A stretch of 64,000 nt of DNA, from NCBI GenBank assembly GCA_907165135.1, contig OU015567.1, positions 6,324,001 to 6,388,000 on the forward strand. The letters are read 5' to 3'. This DNA comes from Oikopleura dioica. Its lineage: Eukaryota > Animalia > Chordata. The notes under the pieces are model-generated. The model saw nothing but the letters and a program-made list of their open reading frames with translations. It ran no database searches and was not told the origin of the DNA. A program made the position numbers and the translations under genes. Shown piece after piece: positions 25,901-36,074 of this stretch (position 1 is the stretch's first letter; every line of letters starts with the position of its first letter).

Positions 25901-28900
25901 CCTTGTGTGTTTCCACTTTGGTCGAGAATGTGCAAAGTATTCTTAGCTTCGCCATCATCCCCTGTTCTTTGACCTCCAGTGCGATCTGAAAAGGTCAAAT
26001 AGTGAAAATAGACGAGAATCCAGATGCAAAGCAGACCTAATGAGGCGCAAATTTATTAATTAGCGCCGTATAACCGCTAATTTTCAATCAACTCATGGCC
26101 CCAATTAGCCGCCTAATAATCTGTCCAAATTAGTTACTTAGGCACACGCCGAGAGGTTTAATGACCCGAAAGAAGGTGCCAAACAGCGCCGTCGCCAGAG
26201 GCGCTAGTCAAAGCTAATATTTAGATCTGTGAAAATTTAAATTGTTCAGAAAAAATTTTGGGCAATGAAAAATATGGAGGCGGAGAAAAAGAGGAAGATT
26301 TCATTCGGCATCGATGATATTTTATCAGAGTAAGTTCGAATTCCTTGTTTTTTAATCGAAGTTTTAGTAAATTTGGGGACTCGCCGGCGCCTCCGAAAAA
26401 GGCCAAATCTGAGGTGCCAAAGAAGAAGGACGGCTTTTTATGGCCTGCTTGGGTTTACTGCACTCGCTACTCAGATCGCCCTCCCGCCGGACCAAGAACC
26501 CGAAGAGTTCGCAAAAAACGCGCAGAAAAACGCCCTAGAACCGCGTTTACCAGCGACCAACTTGAAATTCTTCAAGAAGAATTCGACAAGCACCAATATT
26601 TGACCGAGGAGCGAAGGGTACTGCTCGCTAAGAATCTCAAACTTTCCGTCTCGCAGATAAAAGTTTGGTTTCAAAATAAACGCGCGAAGATTAAAAAAGT
26701 ATCTGGCGTGAGAAATAACCTGGCTACTCAGCTTATGGCTCAGGAAAGGTCAAAAAATCGAGACGCATCTTTTGGGTGTAGGGCGCCCAGGTTCACAATT
26801 GTGAACCCGGTTCACAAAATTTTTAAAAGTATGAAATCAGGGGTCTGTATGCGCTCCGCGCCTGATTTCATAGAGAAACTCATTTTTGACGTTATGAGCT
26901 TTCTTTACAACCGCGCCTTCAGTCAATTTGAGTCACTTTTTTGACCGAAATTGTGAACCAGGTTCACAAAATTGTGAACCGGGTTCACAAAATTGTGAAC
27001 CAACCGATTGTGAACCTGGGCGCCCGCCACCCCATCTTTTTCCTTTTTCATAATTTAAAAAATAATTTTTTAAAATGATTTTTTTCCTGACCTAAATAAG
27101 GGCCTCTACAACCATGTTCCTGAAAACTCAATCTCGCTCCCTGTATCTACCGAAGAAAACGCTCACTGTAAATGAAGCACTGTAAATATTGTGATAAATG
27201 AGTGAATAAATGTTTTATTAATAAATGTTAAAAGGTACGAAACTCATGAAGCAGAAGATTCTTTTGAAAAAGGAACTTCTTCTTTACCTTTGCGATGATC
27301 GACGACGGTTTGGAAATCGCTCTGCTTCTGGAGGTCGTTCAAAATGTTGAATTTCACGAGTGTCAGCGCATGTTCTTAGAATTTTCTAAGAGAAAGGAAA
27401 ATTGTTGTTGTTTTTACCTTGTGGTGCAGCGTCGAGCCATTCATTTAGCCGGTGAGGCAGATGAAGAAGTTGAGAAGCAGCTCTAACAGCTTTGACTTCA
27501 TTTGGGTAGAGATCGTGCCAGCCATGGCCTTTATTAAGAATTCTGATCTTGACGTCGCTTTGTAAATTGCGCCACCACGTGGGAGTTGTGTTGTGAATAA
27601 CGACGATTTGCTTCTGATGCTCTATTTCTCCGTCGTCGCTTAAAAAAACTTACGATCCTTGGAAAACAAAGCTATTTCTTACCGAATAGTAACGTCGTAT
27701 TTGACGAGCAAGTCAATAATCCTTGCGTTGATAGAGCCGATTCCCCACTTTTCGATCTTTTCAGGAGGGCATCGCTCGTGAATCAGCTCTTTTCGGACTT
27801 CAACGGGAAGATTTCGCCACCATTGAGGGCTGTTGATTTTGTTGAACGGTGGTAAATCGTGGTTATGATTATCATATTGTGCTATCAATTCGTTCGATCG
27901 CTTGAGTTGATCATCTTCTTCCCCAGCTCGAAGTTCTTCCACTCGTTTTTGGACCAAATGTCGAAGTCCCTTGAAATCGTAAAAGCTCGCTCGAAGTGGC
28001 TCTGGCATCGCTACCAACTTATGCCAAGAGTCCCAGTGCACTGCCAAATGCTTCAAAATTTCCAATCTCGTCGCGGAAAGAATCTGCAAAGAAAGACCAT
28101 TGTTTAGGACCCATTCAGCCAAATCTCCTGGCATCATTGCTAGGGATGCCCTACAAAAAATCAACTTTTCTCCCTTTCATTGTAGAGGATTGATATTTAG
28201 GTTACATATAAAACATGACTTCTGAAAAAGATAGAGGTTTGAAAAAATACAGTACCTCGAGTCTGAGTACTGTAATCACGTGTTAAAGTCAGTAAAAAAG
28301 CCAAAATCGTCCCTGCAATATATTTTTTCTTGGTTTCCACATATATTGTGTAGAATTGAATGCTGATTCCAATGGAGCAAAAATTTTTCGGGAATCGATA
28401 ATTGTAAGTACAAAAAAGTACTTTTTCATTGTAACAAGGGGGTCTGAGGTTCGAATCCTGATGAAAACATTCTTTTTTTCTTCCTTTTTTTCATGCACAT
28501 TTGAAGTTTTATTGTAAATATAGTAAATAAAAGACATATTACACCTTAAATATTATCATCAATTTAAAAATTTTTTAGAAAATCATCAAAAATTTTGAGA
28601 AATAATTTTCGTTTTCTAATTTTCGACATTTCGTGTTTAAAAAAAGTCTGAAAGATATTTTCCCTGCGGCACCACGGTCGCGTTATGTCAGGTTCACGTG
28701 CGCCTTGCTTTAAATTTCCATGTAAGACCGTTTAACTTCACTCTGAGGAAGTCTCACTATCATGAAAAAAATATTTTTATTCTTTTTGACTGCTGTGAAG
28801 GCGTATCGTTTCTGGTTAGAATTGTAATTGCACGTCTTGCGTTAAGTTGGGTGTCGCCCGAGAGGGATGGCGCCCCAACTACAACCACGAGCAGAGACGA

Positions 28901-31900
28901 TACGCCTGGTCCAAAATGAGTTCCCTAGTAGTTCGGTTTGGCTGACATCTAGCAGATTCTTCAATGATGGACAAAAGTCATTGTCTCGGCTAATAAAACG
29001 CCAAAAGAAGCCGAAATTTTCATGGTCGGTAAAAACCGGTAGTTGTTCACTTCCTGGGGCACACATAGGAGCGTAAATCTATTCGATCAATTTATTCAAT
29101 TTTTTCTAAATAAAATTATTGAAAATCAAAATAAATCATTCCTGAAGTTGAAGTTTTCCCACTTGCTCTCCATCTTTCCGTCTGCTAAAATGCTGAATGC
29201 CGTTTTCCGTTGGCATTGTCGCTCGAATGGACATAGCTGATCTGCATTTTTCAATTCCCCATGTTTCGCTTTTTTCTTCTCCATAGTGGAACGTTCTCAA
29301 GAATTTTCTTATACCAACAAGGGTATCTTCGAAATTTTCGTCTTCATCTCTCTTTGGAAAATGGTGCGTTTTAACTGGATCCAAAGGGGTCACTTCAATT
29401 GGTTTCCGCCGCTTGCAGGATTCAAAAGCAGGAAAAAATGCAAATAAAAAAAACATTTTTGTCATCATTATTCGTAAGAATGAATTTTTCCTCTGTCGTT
29501 GGCTCTATAAGAAGCAGTGCGCACGTGAACCTGACATCACAAATGCCCCCTGGGGGCTTGTCTTTTCAGAAGTTGACGATCATGAACATGCAATGCCGGG
29601 AGAAAACGTGTTTTTTTTTAGAAAATTCCCTCAAAATGTCAACATTTTTTTTTGTCTTTCAGAGTTATTTTGGATTTAAAGACAAGTATTACTGTAAAAG
29701 AGACCATTGTTTAAATATTCAATCGATATTTGTTGTTTTCTTCGCAAAAAAAAGTAAAAAAAAAAATATGTTTTCGTCAGGATTTGAACCCCAGACCCCC
29801 TGGTTACAATAAAAAAGTACTTTTCTGTACCTTCTAGTACCGATTCCCAAAAACTTTTTTCATGAATGGAATCAGAATCAAATTCTACATAATATATGTG
29901 AAAATCATGAAAAAAAAAATTGAGGAAGTGCTTTATTCTATCATTTAGGGCGCTTTGGCATCTGATTGGCTGAAAAAAAAAATTTTTTTTTGGGCCCAAA
30001 ATTTTTCTCTTGATCGAAAACCTATGGTCCCCGGAAATAATTCCGATCGGATGTAAACTGTAGAAGTTGATTTTTTTGTAGGGCATCCCTAATCATTGCC
30101 CACCAGTCTGGAAGTCGCGATCGGACGGAAATGAGACCATGCTCGTCGAAGGAAATCAAGACTCCGTAATTTCTAATCAACTGCAATAAAGCGCCTTCCA
30201 AATCAGTGAGCTTGTTCTTGAGCAATTTTTCCGAAGTGACTCCCGATTCGTTCAGTGCATCTTTGAGGCCAAAAGGAAGCCGTTGGTACCAATCTGGTTC
30301 CTTCTCGGAAACTTTGATCAAACCATCTTCGGTCTCTTCAATGATGTCACCATACTGAGCAGCAAAAAGGAACAGATATTCTGGCATTCTGGCGGGTCTT
30401 CGCAGCGCTAAAGTTTCAGCGCCCCATCCAACAGATTTGAACTTTTCGCGAACTTGGAATCGCAAATCGCTCCACCAAGTCGGATCCTTTCGGTAAACCG
30501 TGATTTCTTTGAATCGCTTTGAATTCTCAATGACGATGCCTGTTTCTTCCAAAGCGGCAATCAGTCCTTCCGTTGCCAATTCTGGCCACTGGCGGCGCAT
30601 TTTGTCAACGCTCCAGTTTTCTCGGTTCAGAAGATATTTGGCGCGAAGGGGAAGTGTTTGAAGAGGAGAGTTGTGGTAAAGAACTCCAATCTGTAGATCT
30701 TCCAGAGTTTCTTGATCGTCGACGGATAGATCAGGGTGAGTTTCTACTTTCTTCTCGACGGTGGTTGGGACAGAAAGAACTCCAGCGGATCTTGCGAAAG
30801 GGCGATCAGACCCGGTTCCTTCTTCCGCTTGAGCAAAATTCCTCCGGCTCGTATCATGACCAAAGTCTCTTGTTTGATTCTTCGCTGGAGAAGTTCCCAT
30901 ATCAGCCTTCGCTGGCCAGAGCGTCGCCTGTGAAACTGCAGAGACAGACTGATTCTTAGTCGAAGATTTTGAAGCTGCTTCGAAATTCCGGCCAATTTCG
31001 GGCTTTGAAGGGACTTTCGTTGGCATCGGAATCTCTGGCGTTATTCCATCACTTTGAGATTGGGATGACTGAGGAGTGCCGTTGTCTTGAATTTGTCGTA
31101 TTTCCTGAGACGCACTGTAAGAGTACTCATCGTAAACTGGTTGCTGAGCGGCTTGAACTTGGACTGGTACAGCCTCTTCTTCCAAATAATACTCTTCCTC
31201 GTCGATCAGTTGGTTTTGAGCTGGTGGAGGCGCAGGATTAGCCTGAACTTGTCTTATTTCCTGAGACAAATTGAGACTGTATGAGTATTCATAGTTTACT
31301 GGCTTCTTGGCAGCTGGCACCTGGACTGGTACAATTTCTTCTTCTGAATAATACTCTTCTTCGTTCACTAACTTTGGAGCTGCGGAAACGGGTGGTGAAT
31401 CTTGTATGCTCGTGATCGGTTGCTGTTGACTAAAAGTTGGGTCGGGAGACGTTGCTGAATACGAGTAAAACGAGTCGATATCGGTTTCTGGCCGAGCGCT
31501 AGTGCCGGGTTTCAGATCTTCCGGAAGTGTTGCATCTGTGTTAGCATAAGTCTCTACATCGACCAATGATGTTGGCTCATCAGGACCAGCGCCGGTAGTC
31601 AAGGTTGCGGTTTTAGCCATCACTGACGCAGAAGCGGTTTCCTCGACGGACAAGTTTGCAGCTGAAGTACCAGTGGTGCTGAGTTCTTGAGCGTGATGAG
31701 AAGTCGAGTTGTCAACCGTTGTTGGAGTAATGGATTCAGTTCCGACCGCAAGTGATGCTGTTTTGGGTACACTTGTGATGCCGAAACTATGTTTAATTTG
31801 ACCATCGGGTTGACTTGACTCAGCTGAAACTGTTTTCGTTGGCGAACGAGTAAGGAAGTTTGTGATTCTTCGCCCGATGGAAGTGGGTTCTGAACGCGGC

Positions 31901-34900
31901 TGGGATTGAGGCTGATTAAGAAAGTTAGGAGAATCGTTGTCGATTTCTTCCATTACGGTGGACTTGGAAACAACTCTTCGTCGAAGAAGAGTGACGCTCG
32001 TTGCAGTTCCGGCTTCTTTCATTTCTACCGGATCTTCGACGTTTCGAAGGATTCCCTCTTTTGGAATGTTGATAGCTTCGCTACTTGGTACATAAGATGT
32101 GAGACTGTGGCTCGGAGTCACGTCGTTGCTGGATAAATTGAAGGACAGAGAGCTAGTCGGCATTTTCTCCCAGAAATCAGTGGATGATTCGTTTTGCGTA
32201 AAAGCATGGAAAGCTGTTGATTGGACTTCGTCTCTGATATCGCTCGAGACTGAAATGTACTCATCCTCGGAAGACGGAACGAATTCTTTTTGATTCAAGA
32301 AGGTTGTTGGTGTATGATGCGGGGCGTTCTTCACTTGGAAGCTTTCCTCTGCGTCGTAGTATTCACTCGCGATGGTGCTGTTAGAATTAGTAACTACAGC
32401 TTCAGGGGGACTTTTGTCAAGAATATCTGTGAGGCTTCTTTTGGCAAATTCAACCAAGTCTTCACTCTTCTTTCGCTCGGTCGCCTTTTGGATCGCGGTT
32501 ATCTCTCCAATATCGCGCAAGCCTTCTTGGAGCTCATTTTCAGAGTGACCAAGTACATGAACCGTAGCTTCGTATTCTTCAACGTCATAGTAAGCGTCTT
32601 CAACCTTCAGAGTTCTTGTTTTGTCGAGCGTTTCGATGTTTGTAATGGAACTGATTTTCTTTTCGAGCTCGGGTCTGGAGTCAGCTTCGACTTGAAGAGT
32701 AGCTTGGTACTCGTAATATTCTTCTGGCTCTGGCTCTTTGACCGTAGGTAAGGGAAGAGCCTTGACATAATCAGGATTTGCCATGCTGTTGAAAGCGCGA
32801 ACAGCTTGCGATTTTCGTTTGTGACTGACTTCCGCGGAAACAACGTATTCTTCGTCGTAAGAATAGCCTTTCTCAGCTTCACCTGGAATAACAGGCTTTG
32901 GTAAAGTATCATCTACTCTTTTTAAATCATTGATGGAGCTCAATTTCGAAAGATTTCTAAAAGCAGATTCTCTTGATCGGCCAGTCGCTTCAACAGCCGC
33001 CACATAATCGGAGCCAACTTTTTTCAAAGCACTTTCAGACTTCTCTTGAAGGGGTTCTTCCTCTTCTTCATACTCGTATTCATCATACGGTATTGTGGCA
33101 ACAACATGTCGAGCTTCAGCCTCGATTTCTTCCATCGGATACTCGATGATTTCGGATTCTTGAGGCGAAAAAGATACCCGGGAAGCTGTTTTTCCAAGAG
33201 AATCGGACGATGGCGACTTCAAAATTGACTTTGGAGTGTGATAGTAGTCCCCTACTGGAGCTGTCTTTGCCACAATGATTTCTTCTCCAGTTTGATTTAA
33301 AGATTTAACAGAATAAACGGAGGCAACACCTCCGATATCCTTCAAGACCGCATCTTGCGAGCCAGCGTTCATCCTGACTGTAGCTTCGTAGTATTCTTCG
33401 CCTCCATCCGCTGATTTGAGATATTGCAAAGAAGTGATACTCTCAACAGTCGTGAGCTTTTCGATAGCTTGAGCAGCGTTTTCAGCTTTCACAGAAAGAA
33501 GAGCTTCGTATTCGTGATATTCTCCCATCAGCTGATCATCTGCTTGAGCAAAAGGAGCCGCCTCAGGCTCTTCATCTTCGTATTCATACTCGATCTCTTG
33601 CTCTTGCTTTTGCTGTGTTATTGCGAGTGAAGAGAAATCCTTTTCTGTTTCGATAATTTTGATTTTTTCCGGCTCTACATTACGGTCTTCATATTCGATA
33701 GTTGGCTCATGTTGCCCTTGATCTCCCTGAAAAACAGGTTCTTCTTCGTAATCGTATTCGATTTCGCCAGCAACGTCTGGTGCAGTTTCGATAGTTTCTG
33801 GAATCAGCGCTTTGGAAGCCTTGGAAGATGCCTTGGAGTTCTTTCTGGAAAGTTTCGAATAGATTCTTGAAAACACGCTGGATTTTTTCTTCATTGGTGA
33901 ATTTTGAACGCCAGTTAGGGTTTGTTGAGAGCCCGTTTCCATAATATCTCTGGCTAACTCATTGTTGGCGAGGTACTCTTCCATCTGGTTGGCTTCAAAA
34001 GTAGGGACGCGTTCGACAGCGCTCGTGTCCAAAATGGAGTCCTCGTGAATGATTTCCAATTCGCTTGGCTCTGGTGAGTTCGCTCGTGGGCCTGGCAAAG
34101 GCTCGTATTGCTCGTAGTCATATTCTTGCTCTGGTGCGGTTTGTTGGACAACTGGTTTCTGAGCAGAAGGCTGCACCGGCGCTTGAAAAGCTTGAATTGG
34201 TTCTTGTTCTTCATACTCGTATTCTTCTTCTACTACCGCTTGGACATTCGTTTGAACAGGCTGAGGCACAGGCGCTTGAATGGATTGAGTTATTTCTTCG
34301 TCATATTCGTACTCTTCTTCTGCTGCGGTTGGTTGAACAGTCGGTTGAGGAAGCGGTTGTGGATGCGTTTGAGTAGGGGGTTGCTGGGCGGGTTCGTATT
34401 CGTAATCTTCGTACTCGACGACAGGTTGAGGCGGCGGATTCGCAGATGGATTCGGTTGATCAAGGTCGCCTTTGGCTTTCTTACTGGTTTCCTTTCGTGA
34501 ACATGTTGAACCAGCAGATGGGATGGGACAATAAGGCGCCATTGATAGTTTTTGCGAAAGCTTCTCTTCAAATGATTCCGTGGTAGCATTTGGCTCGTTT
34601 ATCGCGTTGATGAAAAGTAAAAGATTCATAGTTGTGAGAAGAACACACAGAATGTTGAAAATCTTCTCTTCTTCGTAGAAGTGGTAAAGGACGGCAGCTT
34701 CAAGAATCACCCCGAGTAAAAACAAGCCATACGCGAAGTCGAAGTTGTTCAGATCATCATCACGGGTTGATTGGCGGATCGAAAGGACTCCTGCTGATGG
34801 AACTGGGCCGTCGAGTTTTTCTTCGTCTGTATCGATTATTTTCAAGCTTCCGGGAACAGATCGCCTGTTGATGGCTTCGAAGAAATACGCGAGCAAGCAA

Positions 34901-35821
34901 ACAGCAATTCCAGCTAAGATTGAAGTCAGCTGATAATTTTCTGAATAAGACGCTAGAACAGCAAGACACAGGCCGGTTGCGATCATGAAGTTAGCGGAAA
35001 TCCATCGAGAACGAAATCGGTAGTATCCATTCATTCCAGCTTTGCCAAGTGTCAAATAGTTGCTCCAGTAAGTCCAAAATGTTCCGTTGAAGGCTTGATC
35101 ATCTGTCTGTGCGAAGTTTATTGTTCCTTTGACGGGTTTATTTTTCATCGAAATCTTCAAGATACAATTCAATACAAGTAACCCCTTCCTATCAAGTGAT
35201 CATCAGACTCCGACTCTTCCAAGAAATTTTCCCAATGAAACTCCTCCTTCTTCGGCGAAAAGTAAATCTCAGCGTTTGTTCTTGATCCAAGTTGAGTGAC
35301 CATTATCGACTTGATTTCGACATTGATTCTTGAGCTGGAAATAACACGAAGCACAACGTCCTGGATGTTGAAAGATGGTCGTTCCTTGGAAGCAAGGACG
35401 AAGTGGAAGCTCTTGGTGCTTCTTCTCACTTCGTCGGGGTTGATAGTTCTTGGCTTAGAATAAACATGCTTTTTAGTTTCGTCGATGATGGCGCCAATTG
35501 ACACTAATATTGTTAAAAAATAAATTTCAACAAAACATGTTATTATTTACTTGTTATCGGATTGCAAAGAGCGTCGATCCCCCTCATGAAAACCACGCAG
35601 CGAAAATGCTGGACACAATTCACATCAATGTCTAATTTCGGTGCGTTTCTAAGTCTCCGCCAAGCAATGAACAACCAAAGCCCACTTTTTTCGGTTTCAA
35701 AAATCATACCTTTTAGTTTAGTCTTCCTTGTTTTTTTCTGTGACTGAAACCGGTGCCTGAGGAGTGGAAAAGCGCATGCTACATAGAAAACTAAATCTGT
35801 TGAAAAGACAGAGTCCTTCAT
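22959..35821 (-). CDS. Giant (~3000 aa) uncharacterised acidic membrane protein; multi-exon; 5' end uncertain
   Basis: 1716-aa and 717-aa ORFs plus small exons join in frame (phase-1 introns checked at 27287/25986 and nearby). N- and C-terminal hydrophobic helices, EYEYEEE repeats and repeated WW/WY-xx-L(P) motifs. Confidence 0.72.
26265..27175 (+). CDS. en: Engrailed homeobox protein, 3 exons, nested antisense in an intron of the giant gene
   Basis: eh1 FGIDDIL; eh2 [14 protein letters not shown]; homeodomain EKRPRTAF...[13 protein letters not shown]; eh5 LMAQ|GLYNH restored by a GA-AG intron at 26744-27100. Confidence 0.96.
26774..27032. mobile_element. MITE with 8-bp TSD in engrailed intron 2
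   Basis: TIR GGGTG(TA/GC)GGGCGCCCAGGTTCACAA; TSD CATCTTTT at 26766-26773 and 27033-27040; subterminal TTGTGAACC/GGTTCACAA repeats. Confidence 0.88.
28762..29076 (+). CDS. Putative small secreted peptide inside the hAT element; needs one short intron
   Basis: [15 protein letters not shown] signal-like start; in-frame stops within 28814-28846 removable as a short intron; stop followed by AATAAA at 29109 and 29130. Confidence 0.4.
29136..29468 (-). CDS. Putative 110-aa secreted protein inside the hAT element
   Basis: [18 protein letters not shown] signal-like start, basic clusters KRRK, KR and RRK, and a minus-strand AATAAA at 29091-29096. Confidence 0.55.
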   Translation of the reverse strand: MMTKMFFLFAFFPAFESCKRRKPIEVTPLDPVKTHHFPKRDEDENFEDTLVGIRKFLRTFHYGEEKSETWGIEKCRSAMSIRATMPTENGIQHFSRRKDGEQVGKLQLQE

Positions 35822-36074
35822 CTCTGAGCGACTGAACTATGCAAATGGAAAATCGTGGCAACAATGAGGAGTTCTAGAACTGAACGAGAAATTCTCGGAA
35901 TTAGACTGACTGAATAAAATTTCAATTTCTGTCCCCAACAATCAATGACAATTAATGATCTTGATTTAAATTTTCGGATTGAATAAATAGATGACAAGGA
36001 TACAGATGAGTCATTTTATTACAGAGTTAAGGTAGTGTTTATACAGGAAAATGCAATTTGTTTATCCTTTTTGT

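Larger units (their letters stand above)
28141..30091. mobile_element. Cargo-carrying non-autonomous hAT-like element (1951 bp) inserted in a coding exon
   Basis: ~27-bp TIR TAGGGATGCCCTACAAAAAA(A)TCAACTT; 8-bp TSD ATCATTGC at 28133-28140 and 30092-30099; degenerate long inverted arms; no transposase ORF. Confidence 0.93.

Noticed and set aside
28420-28470. Complete tRNA gene in the element arms
   Set aside because: Only the 3' half is tRNA-like; no D-arm or acceptor stem can be formed.
30022-30091. C-terminus [23 protein letters not shown] of the 1716-aa ORF as the true protein end
   Set aside because: It is read-through into the transposon TIR; the host frame resumes at about 28140.
28141-30091. 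Autonomous transposase inside any of the elements
   Set aside because: No long ORF or DDE/hAT dimerisation motif is present; all elements seen are non-autonomous.
30573-34969. Many 60-150 aa ORFs overlapping the 1716-aa ORF
   Set aside because: Expected by-products of biased, low-complexity coding sequence.
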